The position numbers and the translations under genes are program-made. This document shows, in pieces, positions 15,327-23,441 of a DNA stretch of 28,150 nt (the first letter of the stretch is position 1; each line of letters starts with the position of its first letter). The stretch is taken from the NCBI GenBank assembly GCA_035550235.1, contig DASZPR010000621.1, positions 1 through 28,150 on the forward strand. The letters run 5' to 3'. The notes under the pieces are model-generated. The model was given only the letters and a program-made list of their open reading frames with translations, ran no database searches and had not been told where the DNA came from. The stretch is from Verrucomicrobiia bacterium. Its GTDB lineage: Bacteria; Verrucomicrobiota; Verrucomicrobiia; Limisphaerales; DASXHY01.

Positions 15327-16961
15327 TCACGCCACCCGCATCCAAACCGTTTTTAAATAAGCCGGCTCCGCTCGCGACACCGGAAAATCCGGCGGTTGTG
15401 GCGCGTAATGTTGGTTAAGTATTTTTCGCTTCGTTGCGCGCACCGCGATCTCCGCCGCCGCGAGAAATTTTTCCGCCGGCCAATCGGCTGCATTGGTGGA
15501 GGCCAGCAAAACACCATCCGGCTTCAATAACGGCAACGCTGTCGCGATGAGCTCGCCGTAATTTTTTTCCACCCGAAAGACTCCCCGCTCCTTCGATTGC
15601 GAAAACGTGGGCGGATCGAGCACAATCACATCGAACGCGCGCGCCTTCTTCGCCAGGCGCCGCAGCCAATCGAACGCATCGCCGAAAATAAAATCGTGCT
15701 CCGCCGGATCGAGGCCGTTCAGCGAAAAATTGCGCCGGCCCCATTCGAGATATTTTTTGGAGAGATCCAGGCTGGTGGTGCGCATGCCGTTCTTCGCCGC
15801 GCAGACCGAGAAACCGCAGGTGTAGGCGAAGACGTTCAACAACTCTGGTTTCGAGTTTTGAGTTTCCAGTTTTGGGTTGAGCAACGGAAAATTCGCGGCC
15901 ACGTGGCCGGTCAACAATCTCCGGCGGTTGTCACGCTGGTCCAGGAAAAGGCCAACCGAGTAACCTTCGTTAAAACTGAGTTCGAATTGAATTCCGTTTT
16001 CGTGAATCGCAAATCGCTCCGGAGCTATTTCACCGAACACATGCTGCGCCGAAGTTTCGCTCGTGCTCGCGCCGCGGACATGCCGTGAAAGAGTTTTGTG
16101 ATACGCGCCGCGAATATCTTGGCCAAATTGTGTGAGGCGTTCTTGTTGCGGTTTCGTGAGCGGGGCCTCGCTCTGGGACAACAAAAAATCCCCCAGCCGT
16201 TCCACATACCATCCGGGCCATCCGTCACTCGCGCCCTGAATCACGCGAAAGGCATTTGTCTCATCGGGCTCAATAATCGCGGAGCGCAAGAGTTGGCGGC
16301 TGTCGCTCGCAAAATCCGGTGGCGCGGAAAAGGTGAGCGCTTCGCCGCTCGCCGGGTGCTTGAACGTAATTTCCATGGCGTGCAGGCAAACTCGGTGAAA
16401 CGGTGAGCCGCCATAAAGCGTATCGCCTAAAATGGGGAATCCATTCTCCGCCGCATGAACACGAATCTGATGTGTGCGACCGGTGAGCGGTTCAGCCTTC
16501 AGAATTTCGTAGGAGCCGAGGTGACGAGACTCTAATTTTTTTGAATTTGAAGTGAGCCTGCTCACGTCGGTTGCTATGGGGCCAAAGCGCGTCTCAGCCG
16601 CTTCTCCCTGCACACCGTTCACGTAACGCTCTCCCGCACGAACAATTTTAGATTTCGCCACGAACTCCTGTTGCTTCACCGCGCGATCCGTCAGGAGCAG
16701 ATATTTTTTTTGAACCTGGCGGCTGGCGAATTGTTCGGTAAGCGAACGGTTCGCCAATGTCGTTTTGCCGAACACGATGACACCGCTCGTTTCCTTGTCG
16801 AGCCGATGAATGATGGCGAGCCTGGCCCAACGCGGCTCGCGGTGCCGCAGCCAATCGTAAATGCCCTCTCCGGCGTACGGGCTCGGCGCGTGCGTGTTCA
16901 TTCCGGCCGGCTTGTTGACCACCAGCAGATGCTCGTCCTCGAAAATCACGCACGACAACAC
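15327..16961 (-). CDS. Fusion: RluA-family pseudouridine synthase plus RlmI/RlmK-like class I SAM-dependent methyltransferase
   Basis: EDEHLLVVNKPAG, HRLDKETSG (catalytic Asp), TGRTHQIRVH, GDTLYG; then SVGLFLDQRDNR, LNVFAYTCGFS, VLDPPTFS. GTG 16961 (or TTG 16958) is a more plausible start than 17153. Confidence 0.9.
   Translation of the reverse strand: MLSCVIFEDEHLLVVNKPAGMNTHAPSPYAGEGIYDWLRHREPRWARLAIIHRLDKETSGVIVFGKTTLANRSLTEQFASRQVQKKYLLLTDRAVKQQEFVAKSKIVRAGERYVNGVQGEAAETRFGPIATDVSRLTSNSKKLESRHLGSYEILKAEPLTGRTHQIRVHAAENGFPILGDTLYGGSPFHRVCLHAMEITFKHPASGEALTFSAPPDFASDSRQLLRSAIIEPDETNAFRVIQGASDGWPGWYVERLGDFLLSQSEAPLTKPQQERLTQFGQDIRGAYHKTLSRHVRGASTSETSAQHVFGEIAPERFAIHENGIQFELSFNEGYSVGLFLDQRDNRRRLLTGHVAANFPLLNPKLETQNSKPELLNVFAYTCGFSVCAAKNGMRTTSLDLSKKYLEWGRRNFSLNGLDPAEHDFIFGDAFDWLRRLAKKARAFDVIVLDPPTFSQSKERGVFRVEKNYGELIATALPLLKPDGVLLASTNAADWPAEKFLAAAEIAVRATKRKILNQHYAPQPPDFPVSRAEPAYLKTVWMRVA
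15847..15881 (+). repeat. In-frame heptamer tandem repeat inside the methyltransferase domain
   Basis: ggtttcg agttttg agtttcc agttttg ggttgag; encodes approximately LNPKLETQNSKP just before SAM-binding motif I. Confidence 0.65.
16509..16577. repeat. In-frame GTAG palindromic element inside the RluA domain
   Basis: 69 bp = exactly 23 codons (IATDVSRLTSNSKKLESRHLGSY); first 31 nt are 29/31 identical to intergenic 20806-20836. Confidence 0.85.
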
Positions 16962-16970
16962 GCCAGCATG

Positions 16971-17010
16971 AAAACAGGAAAGCAGCGAATTAGGAAAGCA
17001 GGAATGCAGG
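16971..17010 (+). repeat. Octamer tandem repeat (aaagcagg x5, degenerate)
   Basis: aaaacagg aaagcagc gaattagg aaagcagg aatgcagg. Confidence 0.6.
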
Positions 17011-17031
17011 AAACCAACTCTGGCCGAAACA

Positions 17032-17700
17032 TCACCAAAAATGCCACGCGCCCCTTCCGACCACCCACAACCCCAGCAGACAATTGGTAATGGCATGGGC
17101 TGTGATGGCATCGCCGAGACGGTTCTTGCTGATGACGAGCCACTGGAAGGCAAAGCCGCACAATATCCCCGAGAGCCATTCGTGATGTTCGAAACCGAAA
17201 ATCATGGAGGTCACAATGAACGAAGTCGGATGAAACCGGTTGAGCGGCATGTTCAGGAAATCTGTTCGCACGAAATACCGGTAGAGAAAGGAGCGGAAAA
17301 AAACTTCCTCAAGCGGTGGGACGACGAGCGTTGCCCCCAGGATGTGCCCGACGATATAAATGGTTGCCAGTGGTGAATGCTCGCCAAATTGCGCGTAGGG
17401 ATTCAGGGGCTTCGTATCGGCGCCCATGTGCGTATAAAGGCCATCGATCCCGATCCACATGATCAACACGGCCACGCCAATCGCGAACGCCTCCGTGGTG
17501 AAGTTCCAGCGCATTTCCGGAACCAGTGTGCGCATTTCCCAAATCAGCCAGGCTCCAACGAGCGATTTGCCGAGATAAATCCAATATTGGCCCGCCTCCC
17601 CGAACATCGATTGCGACACCGTCAACAAAACAAAAATCACGTACGGCGCCACCCGTGCGTAAATCGGCGATGCCTGCATCTTCTCGCGGAACGAACTCAT
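17032..17700 (-). CDS. CAAX prenyl protease-related (CPBP family) intramembrane metalloprotease
   Basis: GATLVVPPLEEVFFRSFL, FGFEH, AHAITNCLLGLWV...WHFW; multiple TM helices; resembles the TIGR03008-type subfamily. Confidence 0.85.
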   Translation of the reverse strand: MSSFREKMQASPIYARVAPYVIFVLLTVSQSMFGEAGQYWIYLGKSLVGAWLIWEMRTLVPEMRWNFTTEAFAIGVAVLIMWIGIDGLYTHMGADTKPLNPYAQFGEHSPLATIYIVGHILGATLVVPPLEEVFFRSFLYRYFVRTDFLNMPLNRFHPTSFIVTSMIFGFEHHEWLSGILCGFAFQWLVISKNRLGDAITAHAITNCLLGLWVVGRGAWHFW

Positions 17701-17827
17701 GTGCGTAAATCATCGCCATCCTGCTGCGAACTCCAAGCACAAATTCACATCAGCGCGGGGAATTAACGCAAAGGCGCAAAGAAACGAAGACGCGGAGCAT
17801 TATTTTCCAGAGCGTTTCCGAAAAATT

Positions 17828-17901
17828 GTAGCCGCCGAGGTAACGAGGCGGATGGCTGATCGCGCTGTAAAACGAATCCGCCTCGTTACCTCGGCGGCTA
17901 C
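17828..17901. repeat. REPIN-like doublet of GTAG repeats
   Basis: Perfect 26-bp IR gtagccgccgaggtaacgaggcggat (17828-17853) / 17876-17901. Confidence 0.9.
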
Positions 17902-17959
17902 GGCATTCGTTGAATCGCTCCGGCACCCTCGTTTCTACGTCAAATGGAAAGTGCCGATC

Positions 17960-17986
17960 GCCGGCAAGATGCCGGCGGCACGCTAC
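17960..17986 (-). repeat. GTAG-tagged REP-like unit overlapping the GspB stop codon
   Basis: Minus strand gtagcgtgccgccggcatcttgccggc; 19/19 match to 21030-21048 in hisC. Confidence 0.8.
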
Positions 17987-18534
17987 TGCTCCTCCAACGT
18001 CATCACATTCGTTTGCGTGGCGCTGACGAGAGTCGCGCTGGTCTGCGTGATGGCCGTGACACGGAAGCCTTTGTAGACATCTCCGGCTTTGACGGTCTTG
18101 CCATTGATCAGGACCGAGGAATGGCCGGGCGCATAAAATATCGCCTGCAATTTCAACTGCGGCGCGGGCGCGCTCACGACCGGTGCGGGCGCTGGCGCAG
18201 GTTTTTCTGTCACGGCCACGACCGGCGCGGCGGGTGCAGAAACCGGTGCAACAACTTCTCGAACGGGCGGCTTCGTTTCCTGAACCGCGACTACCGGAGG
18301 AATTGGCTTCGGCTGGACATTCGATTCCCGGGCAGCGGTTTTGTGCCGGTTTTGTAGAACGACCGACAACCCCACGATAGCCACGCCCGCGATGACCACC
18401 GGCACAACCATGCCGATGCCGCGCGCCGGCGCGGCTGCCGGCTCCGCCGGACGAAATTGCGGCCCGGGGGCCTCCGGCTGGCCCTTCTTTTGCACCTCCT
18501 TGGCGCGTTTTAAAGCATCATTGACCAGGCTCAT
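17983..18534 (-). CDS. GspB/ExeB-like (T2SSB) membrane-anchored protein
   Basis: MSLVNDALKRA start, one TM helix, Pro/Ala linker, C-terminal LKLQAIFY....SVLING.TVK.GD...G.RV..I; 4-bp overlap with the upstream ATPase. Confidence 0.65.
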   Translation of the reverse strand: MSLVNDALKRAKEVQKKGQPEAPGPQFRPAEPAAAPARGIGMVVPVVIAGVAIVGLSVVLQNRHKTAARESNVQPKPIPPVVAVQETKPPVREVVAPVSAPAAPVVAVTEKPAPAPAPVVSAPAPQLKLQAIFYAPGHSSVLINGKTVKAGDVYKGFRVTAITQTSATLVSATQTNVMTLEEQ

Positions 18535-19352
18535 GCGTGGATGTTCCCTTCCAATTCCTCGATGGCCATCCCGACGGTTCGATAATCAATCTTGGTCCGC
18601 TGCTGCACGTAACCCGCGAGCAGGGCTTTGTCGCAAATCGCATTCACCAGGCGCGGAATGCCTTTGGCGTAATTAAAAATCCGCCACAGCGCCGGCCGCG
18701 TGAAATACGGCGCGCCTTTCGCGCCGGAAATTTCCAGCCGATGCTGGATATATTGGTTCACTTCCTGCCGGCTCAAGGGAGCCAGGTGATAACGCACCGT
18801 GATGCGCTGGCGCAATTGCCGCAGTTCGTGTTTGTTCAACCGATCGCGCAATTCCGGCTGGCCCATCAGCACAATTTGCAGCAGCTTGCGATCGTCCGTC
18901 TCGAGATTCGAGAGCAACCGGATTTGCTCGAGCATCGCCTCGTCCAAATCCTGCGCTTCATCGATGATCAACACCGTCTCCTTGCCTTGCTCAACCTGGC
19001 GCAGCAAAAATTCATTGAACACCGCCAGCGAATCAAGGCGGTCTAGATTCAATCCCTGCACCGGCAAGCCGAACTCCGTCGTGATCGCCTTCATGAGCTG
19101 GTCGGCGTTCAGCGCGGGATTTAAAATCAGCGCGGTGGAATAAACCCCGTTGAGTTGCTCAAGCATCGCGCGGCAAAGAGTCGTTTTGCCCGCGCCGACT
19201 TCGCCCGTGAGTTGCACGAAACCTTTGCGCTCGCGAATGCCGTACAGCAGATGATTGAACGCCTCGCGATGTTTGGCGCTGTAAAAGAGGAACCGCGGGT
19301 TCGGCGTGATGTCGAACGGCGGCTCGGTCAGGCTGTAATAACTAAGATACAC
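18531..19352 (-). CDS. ExeA/GspA-family AAA ATPase (short form, no peptidoglycan-binding domain)
   Basis: MYLSYYSL.EPPF..TPNPRFLF, Walker A GEVGAGKT, Walker B LIIDEAQ, LMGQPEL, LRQRI, GIPRLVN.ICD. GTG 19352 chosen as start. Confidence 0.9.
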   Translation of the reverse strand: MYLSYYSLTEPPFDITPNPRFLFYSAKHREAFNHLLYGIRERKGFVQLTGEVGAGKTTLCRAMLEQLNGVYSTALILNPALNADQLMKAITTEFGLPVQGLNLDRLDSLAVFNEFLLRQVEQGKETVLIIDEAQDLDEAMLEQIRLLSNLETDDRKLLQIVLMGQPELRDRLNKHELRQLRQRITVRYHLAPLSRQEVNQYIQHRLEISGAKGAPYFTRPALWRIFNYAKGIPRLVNAICDKALLAGYVQQRTKIDYRTVGMAIEELEGNIHA

Positions 19353-19491
19353 CCCCAAATTCCCAGCAGGAAAGGTGCCTGATTAACGATAACTGGGGAG
19401 ATTGGATGCCAAGGCGTGGAACGCCGGGTTTTAACCGTGCTTAGATTTGCTTTGTAGAAAAGGTCACAATTGCGAGAAAAGGCGTGAATCA

Positions 19492-19650
19492 CCTGACGCC
19501 CTCCGTCTCCCTCTCCGCCATGAAATAGGGGACTTGAGTTGCTTGGGAAGCAACGAAAGGAATCCGCCGAAGGCGGAGGCCCGGAACGGGCCGAGCGAGC
19601 GGGAGCGAGCGAGTCATTGGGCTGGGGAGAGGTGGTGCTCAGGGTTCAGG
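19492..19650. repeat. Composite structured element: ccctctcc/ggggagagg shell around three hairpins and GAGC repeats
   Basis: tctccctctccgcc is shared with the DUF559 IR; hairpins gttgctt-ggg-aagcaac, tccgcc-gaa-ggcgga and ggcccg-gaa-cgggcc, then gagcgagcgggagcgagcgag. Confidence 0.6.
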
Positions 19651-19804
19651 AGAACGCGTTTTCTACTGAGTAGCTTAGATGTTCGCCTGTCCAAAAGTGA
19701 CGAAACTGGAGTTTGAAGTGTCTCAACGTGATGCGCTTGATCCCGCGCGACCTTCCCAGTTATTCCTTGCGCAATTTCGCAGGTGGGCGTTTGATGGCGC
19801 CTCT

Positions 19805-20791
19805 ATGAGCGCGCGCATCCTGGCGTTTTTCATCGGCTTGTTTATTGCCATTAATTTGCTCGGCAACGTCCTTTGGCCCGGCTTCGATGCCAATGTCTGG
19901 TGGATCCATTTCCCGCGTCGGTTGCCCGAATGGATGGCTCAAGGCGCCCTCGCAATTTCCGCCGTCGCACTCCTCGCCTTCACATTTCGCAACCGCCGAC
20001 GCGGCCAACGCTCGCGATTCACCGCGATCACTGCTGCGGGCCTTGCGCTCATCGCGTTCATGAATGTCGCCAGCTTTTATTGGTTGCTCGCGAAGGGCCG
20101 AATCGAAACCGGTTTCCCGCTGCCGCTGTCACTGGTTATCTGCGGTGCGTTGATTTGGATGGCTCGCTCCGCGTGGTCAGAGCCCCAGGCAGATGAACAG
20201 GCGCCTCGCTGGATCATCGCTACCGGCGGCCTCTCCCTTTTCGCCGCGTTTCCACTCGCGCTCATGCTCTTCTTCGGCAACACGGATTATCGCCGTCCGG
20301 CCGATGCCGTGGTCGTGTTCGGCGCACGGGCTTACCAGGACGGCCGGCTTTCCGATGCGTTGCAGGACCGCATTCGCACCGCCTGCGAGCTTTACCGCGC
20401 CGGCTTGGCCAAACGCCTCGTGCTTTCCGGCGGACGCGGCGATGGCCCCATCACCGAAGCCGAAGCGATGCGCCATTACGCGCTGACTCACGGCGTGCGC
20501 GCGGAAGATATTTTCATCGACAATCTGGGCGTGAACACCGAAGCCACTGTGCGCAACACCACGCCGCTCTTTCAACAATGGCACGCGCACCGCGTGCTTG
20601 CCGTGAGCCATTTCTATCATCTGCCGCGCGTGAAACTCGCCTATCAACGCGCCGGCGTGGAAGTCTGCACCGTGCCCGCGCGCCAGGGCCGCTTCCTCGG
20701 CCAAATTCCCTACAACATGGCTCGCGAAGTCGCCGCGTTCTGGGATTATTATTTGAAGGAGAAGCCGACCGCAGTTTCCGCGCGCGCGTGA
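19805..20791 (+). CDS. YdcF/DUF218 (ElyC/SanA-like) membrane protein
   Basis: Several N-terminal TM helices; DAVVVFGA, L.DRI..A.ELY, LVLSGG.G, EAEAMR.YA..HGV..EDI..D..G.NT..T, VSHFYHLPR, REV.A. Confidence 0.88.
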   Translation: MSARILAFFIGLFIAINLLGNVLWPGFDANVWWIHFPRRLPEWMAQGALAISAVALLAFTFRNRRRGQRSRFTAITAAGLALIAFMNVASFYWLLAKGRIETGFPLPLSLVICGALIWMARSAWSEPQADEQAPRWIIATGGLSLFAAFPLALMLFFGNTDYRRPADAVVVFGARAYQDGRLSDALQDRIRTACELYRAGLAKRLVLSGGRGDGPITEAEAMRHYALTHGVRAEDIFIDNLGVNTEATVRNTTPLFQQWHAHRVLAVSHFYHLPRVKLAYQRAGVEVCTVPARQGRFLGQIPYNMAREVAAFWDYYLKEKPTAVSARA

Positions 20792-20805
20792 AGCCCATTG
20801 AGACA

Positions 20806-20873
20806 GTAGGAGACGAGGTGACGAGTCTCTAATTTTATCTCTTTTGACGATTGATTAGAGACTCGTCTCCTAC
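20806..20873. repeat. REPIN-like GTAG doublet between convergent ydcF and hisC
   Basis: gtaggagacgaggtgacgagtctctaat...attagagactcgtctcctac; the right end overlaps the hisC stop. Confidence 0.85.
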
Positions 20874-22033
20874 AAGGGAAGAATCGCCTTCGCCGCCCGA
20901 ACCAACGCCTGTGCTTCCTGCGGCGTGCCGATGGTGATACGAAGATAGTCGCTCACCTCCGGTTGGCTGAACCAACGCACGAGGATTTTTTTCTCGCGTA
21001 GTTTTTGCAACCAATCCTTTGCCGTCAACGTGCCGCCGGCATCTTGCCTGCGTTCCCCCTTCCGGCGAGACGCCGGAGGCACCTTGCCGGGCGGTTTCGC
21101 CAAAATAAAATTCGTCTGGCTCGGCAGCACGCGAAAGCCGAGCAACGTCAACGCGCGGCTCAACTCCTCCCGTGTCGAAATAATTTTCCGAAAATTCGCG
21201 CGGTAATATTTCAAATCCTCCAACGTCGCCACGGCCGCCACCTGGCCCAGGCCATTGACATTGTAACTGTCGCGAATTTTATCCAATGCCGCGATCAATT
21301 CAGGGTGCCCGACGAAATAACCCACGCGTTGAAAGCACAGCGAATACGCCTTGGAAAACGTCCGCGCCACCAGCACGTGCGGATATTTCAGCGCGAGCTT
21401 CATCGCGTTTTCGCGCGCGAAATCCACATACGCCTCGTCCAGCACCACCACGCCTTTCATTGCTCGGCAAAGTTTTTCCAAATCCGCCGTCGGGTAGCCG
21501 CGGCCACTCGGCGCGTTGGGCGTGGTGACGAGCGTGAGCGCCGCGTTGAAATCCCAAAGGCCGCCGCGTTTTAATTCCGCCACACTCGGCATGGTAAACT
21601 TTGCGTTCAGCGGCACCGCGCTTTTCGCCGCGCCATGAATGTCCGCCAGCACGGGATAGAGCGAATAGCTCGGGTGAAAATATTGCACGGTCTGCCTTGA
21701 AGACCTCCGCCTCGTTACCTCGTCGGCTACGGGTTCCACGAATGCGCGCACAGCCATCGCGAGCACTTCATCCGAACCGTTGCCAATAATAATATTCTCC
21801 GGACCGCAGCCGTGCAGTTTCGCCAGTTTTTCCCGCAGCAATTGCGCCGTCGGATTCGGATACAACCGCAACCGTCCATCCACTGCGGCCTTCACCGCCT
21901 TCAACACGCGCGGCGAAGGTGGATATGGATTCTCGTTGGTGTTGAGCTTGATGAGTCCCTTGATCTTCGGCTGCTCGCCGGGAACGTAGGCGTGCAACTT
22001 ATGAACGAGCGGACGGATGAGTGACGAACGCAT
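20870..22033 (-). CDS. hisC: Histidinol-phosphate aminotransferase with two repeat-derived insertions
   Basis: YVPGEQP, KLNTNENPY, GNGSDE, PNAPSG, DEAYVDF, RTFSKAY (PLP lysine), RITIGT; adjacent to hisD. Confidence 0.95.
   Translation of the reverse strand: MRSSLIRPLVHKLHAYVPGEQPKIKGLIKLNTNENPYPPSPRVLKAVKAAVDGRLRLYPNPTAQLLREKLAKLHGCGPENIIIGNGSDEVLAMAVRAFVEPVADEVTRRRSSRQTVQYFHPSYSLYPVLADIHGAAKSAVPLNAKFTMPSVAELKRGGLWDFNAALTLVTTPNAPSGRGYPTADLEKLCRAMKGVVVLDEAYVDFARENAMKLALKYPHVLVARTFSKAYSLCFQRVGYFVGHPELIAALDKIRDSYNVNGLGQVAAVATLEDLKYYRANFRKIISTREELSRALTLLGFRVLPSQTNFILAKPPGKVPPASRRKGERRQDAGGTLTAKDWLQKLREKKILVRWFSQPEVSDYLRITIGTPQEAQALVRAAKAILPL
21030..21082. repeat. In-frame palindromic doublet inside hisC (C-terminal)
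   Basis: gtgccgccggcatcttgcc...ccggcgagacgccggaggcac imperfect IR; encodes VPPASRRKGERRQDAGGT. Confidence 0.85.
21706..21730 (-). repeat. In-frame GTAG REP inside hisC (N-terminal half)
   Basis: 24/25 identical to 17877-17901; encodes VADEVTRR. Confidence 0.85.
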
Positions 22034-22040
22034 GAGGCGC

Positions 22041-22070
22041 AGTTTAACGACTTTCTCACGCCGACTTCAA
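22041..22070 (-). promoter_or_regulatory. Putative sigma70 promoter of hisC (leaderless)
   Basis: TTGAAG(22070-22065)-18 nt-TAAACT(22046-22041)-7 nt-ATG(22033). Confidence 0.55.
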
Positions 22071-22138
22071 CGGTTTAAGAATCGCAAATCCCGCACGCGC
22101 TACTGGTGCGATTGTTGGTCAACGACATAATTCCGAGT

Positions 22139-23434
22139 CTATTTAACCGAACGAATCTCCGCACTGCGCCCATGCGCTCCCAGTCCCTCAATCTCCGCGA
22201 ATTTCTGCACCGCAGGCAAAGCCTTCTTCAACGCACCGGCGTTATATTCCACCACACTCGTGCGCCGCTGAAATTGATCCACCGTCAAGCCCGCGAACGA
22301 CGCACCCGCGCCGCCGGTCGGTAGCGTGTGGCTCGGTCCCGCGACGTAATCGCCCAGCACCGTCGGCGAAGATGGCCCAAGGAAAATTGCCCCCGCCGTC
22401 AAAATATTTTCGGATAATTTGCGCGGATTGCGCGTCATCACTTCGCAATGCTCCGGCGCCAATTGGTTCGTCAGCGCCACACCGTCTTCAATCGTTTTCA
22501 CCTGGATCAACCACGTGTTGTGATCGAGCACGCGCTGGATGAATCCGCGCCGCGCGAGCTTCGGCAATTGCTTGGCAATCTCGCTTTCAACCGCCTTCAA
22601 AATTTTCGCGGACGTCGAGATCAACCACACGCGTTCGTGGCCGGAGCCATGCTCAGCCTGCGCCAATAAATCCGCTGCGGCGAATTTCGCATTCGCCGTT
22701 TCATCCGCCAGCACGAGCACTTCGCTCGGCCCGGGCAGCAAATCAATCGCCACGTAGCCGACGAGCAATCGTTTGGCAGTGACGACATACGCATTGCCCG
22801 GCCCGAAAATTTTCTGCACGCGACGAATTGTTTTCGTGCCGTAAGCCATCGCTGCAATCGCCTGCGCGCCGCCCACGCGATAAATCTCCGTGGCGCCCGC
22901 CGCGCGCGCCGCGAATAGCAACGCCGCATTGATACTGCCATCCTTGCCGCACGGCGTGCACACGACGATTTCCTTGCAGCCCGCCACTTTCGCGAGCGTG
23001 ATGGTCATCAGCGCCGTGGACACCAGCGGCGCCGTGCCGCCCGGGATGTAAACACCGACGCGCTGAAAGGCGTCAAACTTCTCGCCCACTTTCGCGCCAT
23101 GAGAATTCTTTGATTCCCAATTGCGCCGTTTCGATTTCTTCGCGAACGCCGCGATATTCCGCTCCGCCTCCGTCACCGCTGCGCGCAATGATTCGTCCGC
23201 CTTCAGCGAGACCGCCATCAATTCCGCCTGCGTCACCACCAATTGATCCACGCTCAATTTCGCGCCATCAAAGCGCTCGGTGAATTCCAGCAACGCCTCA
23301 TCGCCGCGCGCGTGCACGGCGTCGAGAATCGCGCGCGTGCGCTGCTCGATTTCAGCATCAAACAAACTGGAGGGCGCGGTGACTTCCTGCAATCGGCTGG
23401 GGAAATCCGCGTCGGTGTGACGGATCACTTTCAT
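22139..23434 (-). CDS. hisD: Histidinol dehydrogenase
   Basis: GVYIPGG, GGAQAIAAMAYG, KIFGPGNAYV, PGPSEV, DLLAQAEH, APEH, LGDYVAGPSHTLPTGG. Start at ATG 23434; the 23572 extension translates repeat DNA. Confidence 0.97.
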   Translation of the reverse strand: MKVIRHTDADFPSRLQEVTAPSSLFDAEIEQRTRAILDAVHARGDEALLEFTERFDGAKLSVDQLVVTQAELMAVSLKADESLRAAVTEAERNIAAFAKKSKRRNWESKNSHGAKVGEKFDAFQRVGVYIPGGTAPLVSTALMTITLAKVAGCKEIVVCTPCGKDGSINAALLFAARAAGATEIYRVGGAQAIAAMAYGTKTIRRVQKIFGPGNAYVVTAKRLLVGYVAIDLLPGPSEVLVLADETANAKFAAADLLAQAEHGSGHERVWLISTSAKILKAVESEIAKQLPKLARRGFIQRVLDHNTWLIQVKTIEDGVALTNQLAPEHCEVMTRNPRKLSENILTAGAIFLGPSSPTVLGDYVAGPSHTLPTGGAGASFAGLTVDQFQRRTSVVEYNAGALKKALPAVQKFAEIEGLGAHGRSAEIRSVK

Positions 23435-23441
23435 CGCGTGG

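Noticed and set aside
16962-17153. N-terminal extension of the RluA fusion given by the ORF track (similarly hemB 1049-1162 and hisD 23435-23572)
   Set aside because: These extensions overlap the neighbouring gene or translate tandem and palindromic repeats; conserved domains begin at the downstream starts.
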